The notes beneath the pieces are model-generated. The model made no database searches, was not told the origin of the DNA, and saw only the letters and a program-made list of their open reading frames with translations. This document shows positions 1 through 12,750 of a stretch of DNA of 64,000 bases, piece by piece (position 1 is the stretch's first letter; every line of letters begins with the position of its first letter). The translations under genes were made by a program, and so were the position numbers. Source of the stretch: Callorhinchus milii (taxonomy: Eukaryota); contig NW_024704742.1 in assembly GCF_018977255.1 (NCBI RefSeq), positions 110,422,001-110,486,000 of the forward strand, read 5' to 3'.

Positions 1-200
1 TTTTTCCAGGGATAACAATCCCTCAAAAAAATAATAAATTTATCACTCAATCCACAACTGTTTATGGGACACTGCTGTGCACAATTGGCTGCCCCATTTC
101 GCCCACAAATATACAGTCAATTCACTTTACAGTATATTCTTAAAGTGCTTTGAGACATCTAGTAGACATGAAAATCGCTATATCAAATGCAAGGATTATA
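1..200 (+). mobile_element. tRNA-derived SINE (L2-tailed, SINE2/CM-like), 3' part
   Basis: Body motif GGGACACTGCTGTGCACAATTGGCTGCC...CCCACAAATATACAGTCAATTCACTTTACAGTATATTCT...ATCAAATGCAAGGATTAT is shared with many other copies in the window. Confidence 0.85.
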
Positions 201-1329
201 TATTACAAGTAATGTACTATTTGAACACGTTTAATACGGAGGCTTTGTAATAATATTAGGGTCTATTTACACTGATCACCCAAAATTATAATAATTTCCC
301 TATATCTTTATAACATCATACAAAGGCATAGAGAAATGATCACTATCATTTTTGATCAGTGTAGCATAGACCCATTGCACCACCCAGTAAGCAAGGCTGT
401 GAGATATGTAACCACAAATGCACTGAATCAGTCCAGGTTTCTAATTTTCTACAGCACATCCACAAAGTGACCTACAAATGAACCACAGTATATAAACGGA
501 ACAATTTTTCCCATAAAAAAACTTTTACCACTAACGGATGTTGAAGATTAATGAATGTGTTTTATTGCCTGGTTTTCCTTGTGCAACCATACACATGCTG
601 ATAAGATCGCATTTTCTTTTATCATATTTCTCAGATAGTTTGCAATGCTAACACATGGGAGCTTTTTGTTGTTCTTGTCTTCCAGTTGTGTATTTTCTCA
701 AACAGTCTCAAGAGAGGAAAGGAATTTATATACTTCAGTTTCACTTTCTGCAGATTAAGCACTTTGGAAGTAATTATTTTTGGCATTAAGTAGAGGAAGA
801 AAAAACATTTGAGTTAACTCATTACTAGCTGAAAGAAATCTCTTTAAACCACAGGAAATTAATATTTACTCTCTATAATTTTACTTCCCTTATAAATGTT
901 ACACCAGCTGAGATGCTGTTTCCTTCTCCCAGTATATAAGGTTGTCCTCTGCCCTCCTCAGAAATATTCAAGGAAATTAGCAACAGAGCTTTGACCAATA
1001 GTGCTGCACCCTTCCCCCACACCACAAAGTAAGAATACTTTTCCCACTCTGAAATCCTAGCTTCATTCCAGCTCTACAGTACCTTTCTTATCTGATACTG
1101 CGACTATAAGTAGGAATTGAGAAGCTCTTTTTAATTGAATTTTTACTAATATGTTGTCACTTTTCACCTTAAAGATCAAAGATCACAAGAGAGGCTCAGA
1201 TGAAGAAGACCCTTCATTTGATTTCATGCTTCCACAATACCCACCCTACTGTCTTCCCCTTGCAGAGTAAAGCTGTTTCTTATCAGCCCAGTATTCTGGC
1301 CTCTACCACCTTTCCTCGTAACTCATTCC

Positions 1330-1450
1330 AGCTGTTAATTATGCCGTATGGAAAGAAACACTTTTTGGTGCCTGTCCTAAAGTTGCCTTTTACAATCCTG
1401 AACTTGTGCCCTCTTGTCCTGAAGTTGTTGTTTAGAATACGTTTTCAGTT
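1330..1450 (-). mobile_element. CR1 LINE 3' fragment, degraded
   Basis: GAACTTGTGCCCTCTTGTCCT is the reverse complement of a CR1 'TRGH' coding motif; the same motif occurs near 43175. Confidence 0.6.
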
Positions 1451-1459
1451 GCTCATGAT

Positions 1460-1645
1460 GGTGGTTTATTTGAGGAGGGGAGTTATGATAGCATTTTTTG
1501 AGGGAGAGTGGGATGAGCCTGAGGAGAAGAACTTGTTGACTGTGTCTGCCATCAGGAGGCAGAGAGGGGAGGTTGAGTGACCAGCAGTTGGGTGAGTAGG
1601 GGGCTCGAGACAGCAGGTGGTAGACTGCATATGGGTGATGATGGT
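1460..1645 (-). mobile_element. L2 LINE ORF2 fragment, degraded
   Basis: Minus-strand translation about STTCCLEPLLTQLL...KNAIITPLLK matches the L2 pre-RT segment seen at 30920-31060 (KTAIITP.LKKPSL). Confidence 0.65.
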
Positions 1646-2504
1646 TGTGACATTTCTTATGGGGATTTCTTAGTGGTTAAATGCAAGCAATACCCTAAAC
1701 CTCTTGGATCCCCAAGTCTTGGCTATTGTGCCTTATACTTTCCAGGATCGGGTTAGCAGGGTGCATCTCTGTGGGTAGTGAGTGCGCACTCCATCGCAGA
1801 CAAATAAGAAATGTTCATACATACTTAGTGTGCATATGAAGAACTCTCAATTTGGTTTGGAAACTTTTAAGCATAGCTTTGGGTTTCCACATTTGTCCAA
1901 AAACAATCAATTTCACTGTGGATTTCCAGGACCAATCTCCATCACATCAGACACTACAGAATATGCCAGTTATGAAAAAAAATGCCACATCAACCAATCT
2001 AGTAAGATCTCCACTCAGAGTCAAAGTTCTTGACACTGGCATAGGTTTGCATGACATACATGGGGTTCCCTGCAGGAAGCATTTTACCTCCAAAGGGGCG
2101 TTTTTGCTGGCATTTTCCAAGAGAGCCGTTTTTGGATGCTCTTCTCACACCGCCCCCCACCACCCAAAGGTTTACACTGTTGGTTTAATGGAATGTTCTC
2201 TGTTACCCTAGACCAATAGCTCATAGAAGCAATTGGCATATAACAGCTATTTGGGCATCAACTTTAAATTCATCGGAATATTCCATCCTATAATACAAAA
2301 GTTTGGGCCCAAAGCTGTGGTCAAAGTGCCAGTGCCCCAAGAACTACAGCGGATTTTACTTGTTTTATTACTCATTAAATGTAATCCCCCTCATCGGTTT
2401 ACAAGGCAGCGTCTCTGCAACAGTCTGAACACATTAGCCATCAGCAGTACAGTGATTTTGACCATGTGTTTACACAAATGTCTTAACGCTGCAAAATTGT
2501 CTGA

Positions 2505-2628
2505 CGCGTCTCACCCACAAAATATACAGTCAATTCACTTTACAGTATATATTCTGTGAAGCGCTTTGAGATGTCTTGAAGACATGATAAGGCGCTATAT
2601 CAAATGCAATGATTATTATTATCATTAT
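2505..2628 (+). mobile_element. SINE 3' tail
   Basis: CACCCACAAAATATACAGTCAATTCAC...GCGCTATATCAAATGCA followed by (TTA)n. Confidence 0.85.
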
Positions 2629-2934
2629 AACAAAACCACTATCTGAACATTACTGATTCAGAACATGCGATAAACATCAATTAAAAAATAACTTGCCTGC
2701 TACTTCAACTGATTAAACAAGCAAAGAAAAGCTCAAATGACTGAGTTCTAGGCCATAAAGTGTCCAAGAATGTTTGTACGTTCCTTTCATTCAACAAGGT
2801 TAAAAATTCAAGCAGTTTGTGAACTCTTTTTTATTTTATTGCATTTGAATACTAATATTATTCTTGGCTATTTACGAGAATGCCTTCAACCATTCTTATC
2901 TCAAAACAATGTAATCCAATAGGCTTGTGGCTAA

Positions 2935-3470
2935 AGGCCTCTTTTTGTAATGCAGCATAAGGCTGTACTTATCAGCAGGTCACCAGTATGAATCCTGGTC
3001 TGTGCTGAGTTAACTAATGCCAATTTATTTGGTGGGGGGATACAATTGCCTTTAGCTGCCTGGGTTTAGTGAGAGAGAAATTAGCCAGGATTCCCTACCC
3101 CGACTCTGCAATGCCCAGCATCTTTTACATGTTTTCGGTCAGCTTTCCTCCACATCCCCAAACTGACTCAACTCCCAACCTCCCCCACGCCCCCCGCCAT
3201 CTTAGGTGCCCGGTCAGCTGTGTGAAATACTTTGAGACGTCATGACATGAAGGGCACTGTCTAAATATAATGTGTTGTAGCAATTTAAGTTTGTGTGAAC
3301 TTCAGCTGAAGACTACTATGTTTGGCAACAAAATGCCCCACCCTACGCTGCGCTGCTGACACCTACTGTCAAGGCTTATATTTATAATGATTAATTGAGC
3401 TAGGTACTGAAGAGTGCCTAGCCCCTGTTGATGTGACACTGGCAAGGAGTCAACATCTTCAGCAAAGGAG
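2935..3470 (+). mobile_element. Old SINE-like repeat (second family) with an L2 tail fragment at about 3180-3280
   Basis: CCTGGTCTGTGCTGAGTTA...TACAATTGCC...AAATTAGCCAGGATTCC recurs in reverse orientation at about 55500-55810 and 58830-58965. Confidence 0.55.
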
Positions 3471-6400
3471 AGGGAGAGGAGAATTCAGTGATAAAGAAAA
3501 CAGAACATTAGACTCCTCATCAATGACTGGTTCAATGCATGTCAAATACAATCAAATATTACAGTTTTAAAACCAAATTAGTCGAAATCGCTCTCAAACT
3601 CGCTTTCGGTTTCTTCTCTCTGAGAAAGAGGAAGATGACTGATAATTGAGACAAAAGAAAATATCGCCCTTTGTTCTCTAAGGGACAAGGATAACTGCAG
3701 TATGTGGTAATATCATCAGGAACTATATCACAAGTCACAATTTTTCCCCCAAATTACATAGAATTTTGTAAATATAATGTAGGACGTGAAAGACTAAGGA
3801 TTAAGGTTCATTGTAGTACAAAATACAGAAGCAGATGATATTACCCTTGCCATCTAAAAGATGTAGTGCTTTGATGACGCCTAGTTGTCAATTACAAACA
3901 AAACTTATAATGGAATCCGCGAGTTGCTGTTAGTCAAATGTATTTCCACGATATCATACAAGATTTGCAGTCTTCAGTGGAAACGCTTGACACTTTTGTC
4001 GATGACCCTATTACAAAGGCACAGCGAGCAGTCAAAAAACTATTACAAAATTAAATGAACCGATAATGCAAAAGAATATCACTTGGTACGATTTGGAAAC
4101 ATCCTCCCAGCTTTGAAAGAACATATATATAAACACCTTATTTCTCAAAGGGTTAACTTGTTTTTAAAAGACCCTGTCACTAAGCAGTCAAGTTCATCAA
4201 GTGATGGAGTCGTCACTGAGATATGCAACACTTCATTACTCTCTAATTTAACTGATTTATTCTCGGAGCAGAAGCAAATTCAGCTTTCGACTTGGAAAAG
4301 CTTAGTGGCAATCCACCCTCACCAACTTGCCACATTAAGGTTTCACCAGGTCCTGGCAGTGAGACAGAGGAAAGCAGACAAACACCCCGTCAGTTAGACT
4401 AACCAGCAGCTGACTGTAACCCTGGCAGTGCACTCATGGATTATTCATGTGTAATTACAGATAGCTTTTGTGCAGGTTTAAATCATCCCCTTGGCCCATT
4501 ACAGCCCATAACAACTGAAATAGCAATTGTCATAGTGTGGTTTGAGTGTGTGCTCTGATCAATAATGATGAATGGTGAAATTTAGCGACAAGCAGCACAA
4601 ATTCTTCTTGGCTTGATCCATAAATCTGAACAAGCACTGAGTGCTGCAAATGTGCGCGGATTTAAAATGTGTAAGGCACCCTCTCCCGTCTTCATCACAA
4701 ATAAAAAGTCCAAGGAAAATTCACAATGTGTCAGCTTTAATAATAATCTACATACTGTTAAGAATTTTTTTTTAAGACGGGTTAAACTTTGGGTTATTTT
4801 CAAGGTCAATTTCAGGTGAAAGGGAGGTCGTCCAGAGGTCAGCAAAGCTCCCATGCAGGTCAATAACGCCTCCTTGCTTGCATGGAAGACAAGATGCTCG
4901 CACCCAATCAATCCGCCGACGCTGAAGCAGCAACTATAATGAGCAGTGAACAAATGTACACTATCTGCACAAAACATGCTTTTCCAGTATCTTTGCCCCT
5001 TTCATGTAAAATCATGTGCTGTCAGGTCCGACATTCATTCAGCTGGCAGCCAACAGCAAGAGCAAGAAATCAGGTTCTTGTTGGGGTTGGTGAAAGGTCA
5101 CAGTTGACAGGCATGGAGGTTAAACTGCTGACAAAAAATACTGTTCATTGCCGACTCCAGCCTTTTACCGAATTCACTTCTTTGTACTACAGTCAAGCAG
5201 TCCATCAATATGCTCCACCTTCCTTTTTATTATGAAATGATGCCCAGACTGACAGATACCATTTGTTAAAAACAGCCTTTTTTTTGGAGGTGGGGGTGTA
5301 GGGGGGTCAGACTTTAATTATCTATTGCTCTCCTAACTAAAGAGCCATTGTAATATTTTTCCTACCATTAAAATATAAATAAATGTTAAAGTCAGATCGT
5401 TCTGAAAGCTTTCAATATCCTAACCTTGTTGTGCACTGGATTTGTACAGTGAGTTGTTTACAAAGACCATTTGAGACATAATGAAGTTTTAACTCCACAA
5501 TTATTAGGAGTTTTATTTCTTAGATTTTAGAGCTTGTCTTTTAAGAGCTATTCTTCCAAACCCCCGATGCTTAAAGTCTATTTATGATTTGTGACTGGAA
5601 CAAAGAGGAATTTAGAACTCAAATGGGATCCTTCAACAATGTACAAGCATTAAAGTCAATATTTTGGTTTTGTGGTTTTTATAGGCTCATCGCTGGAGAA
5701 GTTACAAAGCAACACCCAGATGAGCAAAGCCGACTTTCCGATCCAAAGAATTACACTGAAAGGTTTGCAGCGATAGATAGTATCACTCTTTATTTTACTG
5801 TACCACTGTCTCTATGGGACCACATATCTTACTGGAAATGAAATGTTGTGCCATAAACCACAAGAGGCTGCAAACATTTATGGCAAAAAAGTGGTTAGTT
5901 TCAAACCTATGAATGATTGGGTTTAACTAAAATATCTCACTTCGGTCTGAATAAGGGTGCATAAATAATTCACTTGAAATCCCTGTAGAGGGTACAGCAG
6001 GAATTGTAAATCATCAATGCTCTGTCCCTAAACATTATCGTTAGAGGCATTGAACCTTTCATAACACAGTATGAGTGCTACGCTTCACAAGGATTGCAGA
6101 ATATGCATTAACTCTTGAACTGCTAGCACCCCCAATAATGCAGCACAGGATATATATTGATAATCTCTGTCATGCCTAGATACCAGTGACATTTTGCGTA
6201 AGTGATAATTCAGCATCCTGAGGTCACTATTCACATTTCAGAGGACAACAATGTTATTGTGAAAAAAGATCTAATGCACCTCTTATGCTATGACACTTCT
6301 GAAACTAACATGAACCATGTGGAAATTCTGTCCCATCAAGAGCTCAGAGGTTGATATGGGAATCCTTGGAGATAGACAGCAGGTTTTGTACCATTTAAAA

Positions 6401-7169
6401 GATAGCATGAGGAAGCACTGTAATATTAATAAAGTTTTCTTTTACAATATGAATTTGTACTTCTGTTTTATTGTACTTTATACAAAACAAGCTTTAATTT
6501 GAGATGTTTGCAAAAGGGATGGGAAGCATTAAACAAAGCTTCGACAGATGACCTAAGAGGTCAGCCTGGGGTCGGCGATTTCTAGAGGCCACGAAGGTGC
6601 GAGGAAAGGCCAGAGAATGAAATAAACAGCTGTGAAGAGAAGGCTGTCTAACTTTTTTTGCTCTTTAACAGATTTTGGAAATCACAGTTTGTGCTTCTCA
6701 CTCATTTTGCTCATATCACATATTTGACTCCAATATCTTAGATGTGGGATAAATGGATTCTGAATGTTCAATAAGTGGGTGGTACTGAGGGTTTGATAAT
6801 TTTGTCAATTTCCTTCCTTGTTCTTTCCTCCTCTCTGGAAGATTTACTGGGGTACAGTTCCAATGGCACTTCTTCACTCAAGTAGCTGTTCTGCATCAGC
6901 AAGTCAAGTCAACAGTAAGTGTTGGCAAGCTGTTTGTCTATGAAGGGCATCACAGATATATCTGATCTTGGTTTCTCTCAAGGTCCAAACGTGCAAGTTC
7001 CAGCAGCATCGAGAACCCTAGCTGATTATGTATCTAAGATCTCAGGATGAGGTGATAACATTAACAAATGTGTGTTCTACAATGAACACTGATCAAGCCT
7101 AGAAAGCCTAGTAATCCTAAAACCAACAGCAGTGCCCCCTTTGCTGACCTGGTAGATCAGATAACTACA

Positions 7170-7492
7170 ACTATTTATATTTATATACCGCTTTTCACGT
7201 TGGGAGGAAGTCTGAAAGTGCTTCACACAGGTGACTAAGCATCTGAACCAGGAGGGAGTGGGGGGGAGGGGGGTTAAAGGGGGGACGGGGACATGACGAG
7301 TTGAAGGGGGTGGGGGTAGATGACCAAGGTAGTGGTATGGTAAAGATAGGTCTTAAATAAGACTTTAATAGTGAGGAGAGAGGGGTTGACGTGGAGTAAC
7401 CATGGATTAAATCTAAAATCTGGTCTGTTTGGGACATCTTCCCAACATAAAAGGCGCTCTACAAATGCAATCTTGTTGTTGTTGTTGTTGTT
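7170..7492. mobile_element. Two L2 3'-end fragments (minus strand 7170-7400; plus-strand tail 7425-7492)
   Basis: L2 tail motif GGGACATCTTCCCAACATAAAAGGCGCTCTACAAATGCAATC followed by (TTG)n, plus a reverse-complement copy. Confidence 0.65.
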
Positions 7493-7689
7493 TAGTTCAG
7501 TAACACAAAATGCGGTGCATTTACCGTCTGAGCCAAGACGTCAGGACATGGATAGTTCCCCGAGAAGTGGTAAGTTACTTGCAGGGCTGACACACAGGAT
7601 TGAAAGGATTAAAATCTAATATTAAGCACACTGCACACTGAGACAACTTGTGGGTTAATCCTTGCCGCAAACATGGGTGCACATGGTTG

Positions 7690-8168
7690 ATTCAAAACTC
7701 TGCTGCCTGTACCCTCACCAGTACAAAATTCTGCATCCCCCAACACACCAGTCCTTGCCAGGCTCCACTGGATCAATTGCAAGATCCTCACACTCACATA
7801 TATTTCACTTCATGCTCTGGCACCTCCCTATCTTCCTGACTTGTTTAGATCACACTCTTCTACTTGTTCCCTTTGCTCAGCTGGCTTTGGCCTCCTGCAT
7901 CTTTTGTCCTCTCCACTCCACAATCGGTGGTTGTGCTTTCAGCAACAGTGCCCGAATCTCTGGAACACTCTGCCTCGCTCCCTCTGCCTTCTCCGCCCCC
8001 CAACCCCCTCCCATCTTTGCAGGTCTTAAGATCACACCTGAACACTTTCCTCTTTGACCATGCCTATGGTCATCTCCCCTCTCTTTGCGGCTTGGCGTCA
8101 AGCCCTTCGACTGTTAAATGCTGTGAGATGCTACTCTGTGTGAAGAGTACTAGATAAGTGCAGTGTTG
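7690..8168 (+). mobile_element. L2 LINE 3' end, degraded
   Basis: Translates in broken frames to IQNSAA...LHW...IGGCAFS...LWNTLP...FLFDHAY, the L2 ORF2 C-terminus. Confidence 0.8.
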
Positions 8169-8597
8169 TCAAGCTGAGGTTGTGGTTGTTCCACGATGCA
8201 TCACATCAGCCTTCGTTCCTGAACAATCCCTCAACACAACTGCTACAGTTCAATGTGAAAGCTAACCCTATATTTATGGTAAGTAGATTTAATAAATGAG
8301 TGCTTTGAAAAAGGACAAGAACACATACATTGTCAAGGCTTTTATACCAATGCTCCAATCTTCTCACCAGCAAATACAGATTAAGGTTAGAAAAAAAGAT
8401 GACAGGAAAGAAAAGCCTGATTTAGATTTGATTGATGCACTCTAATATTTGAAGTTCACTCACAGCTTTGTACTAGAAAGCCTAAGGTCATTACAGCCAC
8501 TGCTCTAATGAGACCTTGTGTGAACATTTCAGGTTTCTATGACTCACTTTAATCAGAATGGGAAAGCTTGCCTGACTGATAGGCTGAGAATTCAGAT

Positions 8598-8764
8598 CTA
8601 AACAGAAAATAACATGCTCGATTTGCCCTCCGAAGGTGGGTTGAGCAAATCGCTGTGATATATTGAAACATTTGCTGACTGAACATACACGTGGTGTGGT
8701 TTCCTATTAACGTTGGTGAATAAGAATTTTTTTGTGGGCTCAGTGGGTGCAGTCACTGTCACAG
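8598..8764 (-). CDS. Speculative terminal exon of the minus-strand gene: (A)VTVTAPTEPTKKFLFTNVNRKPHHVYVQSANVSIYHSDLLNPPSEGKSSMLFSV*
   Basis: Pyrimidine-rich acceptor (cttgtccttctacgagttag); open frame entered in phase 1 and running to TAG; repeat-free with CpGs retained; no homology recognised. Confidence 0.2.
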
Positions 8765-9703
8765 CTAACTCGTAGAAGGACAAGAAGTAATAATTAAACT
8801 TCAACTCTCAGAAAGCCATAGTCAAGAACTGTGCACTGCTGAGTCTGAGGTCTGCTGTTAGCTTAGGTGAATGGAACAAGGAAATTGAAGAGCTCCTGCT
8901 AGCAAATGCAAACGATACATTGCACAAACAATTTTAATTTGACTGTTTTACATAATCTGGAATTGCTTCCAAAACTATTAAGTTTACATACTGTATTTGT
9001 TTCATGTGTACCTTACTTTGCCTGTACAATGTTAGACTGTGCTTAGGCCATCTTCCCAACGCGAAAAGCGCTATACAAATGTAATTTTGTTGTAGTTGTT
9101 GCTTTAATTATTTTGCTGCAAACTGCATTTTCCCAGTAAATCACAGGTGCCACGTTTTACAGCTATTTCTCTGAAAGTACCACCTTTGATGGCACTGCAT
9201 GCTTAATTCAATCATTTGTACAGTAATTGACCATGCATTTACACTACTTTTTTAACCTTGGACAGGAATCACTACAGTATCTGTGCTGTATAAAGCGAAA
9301 TGCATATAAACCAGAATACCAAATATTCTAACAACGCAAAGGTTCAATATTCAACTTTGTCCCTGTCCTTCTGAAAGCCACGGAGAATTGATATGGGTCA
9401 ACTTACTTTAGTGCTGCCATTAATAACCCTATATTATGAAACAGAAAGGTGTTTCCAAATGTATTCGGATCTGGATAGGTTTACCTTTCTCACATTTGAC
9501 ACATTCTGTCTTGTTGTCAGTTGGTTTACATAATGACAATGGACAAGAATAAGGTCACACCCAAGTAAGGTGACAGATAGTTGTGGGGTCTTGCTATACA
9601 GAAGTCTAGCATTTTGTCAATTAAAAGTGCATTTGTTCTGATGTCTAAATACCTTTGAGCTGATGTATTTATTATCCCCATCCCTGCCGTTCAGCAGAGT
9701 TTC

Positions 9704-9740
9704 TGTGTATATGTATGTGTGTGTGTATATATGTGTGTGT

Positions 9741-9771
<31 letters not shown>

Positions 9772-10045
9772 GTGGTGCCTGTGTGTGGAGTGGGAGGGAG
9801 AGAAGTGGAGATGATCTGGGGTGAGAGGATGACTGAGTCTCTCCTTCTGTTCACACTCTCTACAATAACCATTCTTTGGCCTGTCGTCATATGTGCTTGG
9901 TTGATACACTGATGATTAATGGAGCTGGAGCTGTTAGTTGCTTGTGTACTGTCATTTATGTATGTATGTATGTATGTATGTGTGTGTGTGTGTGTGTGTA
10001 TATATGTATGCCGTGTGTGTGTGTATATGTATGTATGTAAGTACA
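9704..10045. repeat. Compound microsatellites (TG)n/(TATG)n with a poly-G tract at about 9755-9772
   Basis: Directly visible. Confidence 0.95.
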
Positions 10046-10213
10046 TACGTATGATCTACCCCACAATAAAAATGAATAGGTTAAAAGATAAAATAAGGCA
10101 TCATCAATGATTTTCCCCAAAAATTCACATCAGAAAAAAAACTCGTGAACATGTACTAACTATAGAAAACACGAGTGAGACTTTCTGCTTGCAGGTGAGT
10201 GAGTGGTGCTTGT

Positions 10214-10573
10214 AGTTCTGTAGTGTAGTGGTTAGAGCACTTGTCTCGCAAGTAAGAGGACCGGGTTCAATTCCTGGGCAGGGTGAAACCTTATTCCACA
10301 CGCCTCTGTTTACCGAGTAGTAAATAGGAACTTGGCTGTTTGTCGATTGGTGGATGGATCGCTTTTCCGGGAGTAATAATCCCTTCAAAAAATAATAAAA
10401 TAAAAAATAATAATAATTTTGTCACTCAATCCATGACTGTTTGTGGGACCTGCTGTGTGCGATTGGCTGCCACATTTCGCCCACAAAATATATAGTCAAT
10501 TGACTTCACAGTATATTCTGTAAAGCGCGTTGAGATGCCTCAAAGACATGATAAATGTATATCAAATGCAAGG

Positions 10574-10611
<38 letters not shown>

Positions 10612-10620
10612 CTTATTATA
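10214..10620 (+). mobile_element. Near full-length tRNA-Ala-derived SINE with (TTA)n tail
   Basis: A box TAGTGTAGTGGTTAGAGC, B box GGTTCAATTCC, shared body, and L2-like tail ending in a long TTA run. Confidence 0.9.
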
Positions 10621-11105
10621 GTCACTAGCACTGGTTTTGGCCACAATATCTGCTTTTCCCCAATTGAATGCTCAATCTCAAGACCAGGTTGAGATGCAAT
10701 GAAACTGAATACAAACTGTCAATTAGCTTTTGACAGTTGACCTACACATCATTTAGAACTGCAAGCAGAGCTGTAACTTGCAATGTTATTGCACGGACCA
10801 AGTCTTCCTCATGTATTGCGGAAATGTTTAGAGTCAAATGCTTGACCTCAATGTCCAGCCTGTTGCTGGTTTGGGCAAATCAATTGTGAGCAGCAGTTAT
10901 GCGCTCTGATGAAGGGCCATATTGTTCCCTATCAGAATCCCGATTAACCTGCTGTGGATTCCTAGTACTTTTGCTTTCATTTCAATCTACTTTGACTCTC
11001 TAGCCTAAACAGCAAGGATGGTCTTAGCTGGACAAGCAGCAGAAAACATGCCAGGCAATGCTCGCAATGGAAAGCTATGTGGTTTTACATATGTGGCCAT
11101 AAATA

Positions 11106-11588
11106 TCGCGACCACATCACTCCCACCTTCGCTCGCCTCCACTGGCTCCCCATCCCCCAGAGGATCGAATTCAAGATCCTCATCCTCATCTACAAGGCCA
11201 TTCATGGCCTTGCTCCCTCCTACCTCTCCGACCTACTATCCCCCTACTTACCTGGCGTACCCTCTGTTCCTCTGGCTCCGGTCTGCTCCACATCCCCCGC
11301 CCCACCATCGGCCTTCAGCCTCTCAGCCCCTAGACTCTGGAACTCCATCCCCCAGTGCCTTCGCCTTGCTTCCTCCCTTTTCTCCTTCAAGGTTGGTCTC
11401 AAGACCTTTCTCTTCGACCATGCCTTCAGCTCCCCTCTCGACTCTCTACCCCCTCCTCGCTTCCTCCCTTCCCTCCCCTCCCCCTAACCATTTCCTCCCG
11501 CTCGGGTCCCGACCCAACTGTCCAGGGCCTTGGGACATCCTCCCGACATGAAAAGTGCTCTATAAATGAAATCTTGTTGTTGTTGTTT
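11106..11588 (+). mobile_element. Young L2 LINE, 5'-truncated 3' end
   Basis: ORF 11077-11487 gives [44 protein letters not shown]...LWNSIP; tail ends in (TTG)n. Confidence 0.92.
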
Positions 11589-12061
11589 TAGCTGGTTAAA
11601 TTCAAGCAGTAACTCAATGCACACTCTGGGATTCCCAACCTTGATTCTCACCGAATTGTCTAATACTTTCCAATGATTTTCATTCTCTGGCACCTGGGAA
11701 TCAGTCCCTGTTGCTTTAAAACATAGTGAGAGTGGGGTACAGCTTCCCCCAAGCTTCCACCAGCCCCACCATTGCCAGGCGGGAATCAGATGCTTGAAGC
11801 CCATGGTGGCGGGAGGGGGGATTAAGAGGTGGCTTCCATTGGAAGTACCCCAGGTTGCATCTCCCTCTCTGTTGAGGAACGTCTAGCCTTCAGTTGAGTG
11901 AGGAAGGCCAAGAACTCAGGGACACGAAGCATTAAAGTCAAGTCTCACCGCTTTATAACACTCCACTACAGCATCGCTACAGCACCGTACTGCAACACAA
12001 CAGCAACATTTCAAATACAGTACCACACTTAACTAGAAACATTGGTCTAAAAAAAATAATA

Positions 12062-12348
12062 AATAATAATAATCCTTGGATTTGCTATAGAGCCTTGTCA
12101 CATCATTGAGACATCTCAAAGTGCTTCACGGAATATACTGTAAAGTGCAGTGACTGTGCATTCTGTGGATAGCCAATTGCGCACAGCAGTGTCTCACAAA
12201 CAGTCGTGGATTGAATGGCCAAATTATTATTATGTTTTTTTAAGGGATTATTACCCCAGAAAAGTGATCCACCGATTGACTAACAGCCGGGTTCCTACTT
12301 ATTGCTAGATAAACAGAGGCTTGTGGAGTAAGGAAACTTGCCTAAGGT
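12062..12348 (-). mobile_element. SINE lacking its tRNA head
   Basis: Reverse complement of the SINE core and tail. Confidence 0.85.
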
Positions 12349-12635
12349 AATAACACTTGAGTGTTATTTATTCACTTGGATAAAAATATTAGTAATGTGT
12401 TGTATCTATGTACAGTGCAGCTTTCCACTTACTTCACTTTTTGGGTCAACCACTACCACCATCTCTCACAGTCAAAGTTTTCAGTTTCCCCTCGGAACCT
12501 GAGATGATCAGAATCACTGACTTCTCCACAGCCACTGTCAGTCAGTCAGCAGCAGGAAGAGAGATCATACACAGTAGGAGAGGTCTTGCAGATCCTCTCA
12601 CTCTTCCCTCCTCCCTTCCTCCCAATATGCCCACA

Positions 12636-12750
12636 ATTCACCCACAAAATATACAGTCACTCCACTTTACAGTATATTCTGTGAAGTGCTTTGAGATGTC
12701 TCGAAGACATGATAAGGCATATATCAAATGCGAGGATTATTTTTATTATC
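12636..12750 (+). mobile_element. SINE 3' tail
   Basis: Shared tail motif. Confidence 0.85.

Noticed and set aside
9672-10110. His/Thr- or Val/Cys-rich ORFs
   Set aside because: Translations of microsatellites
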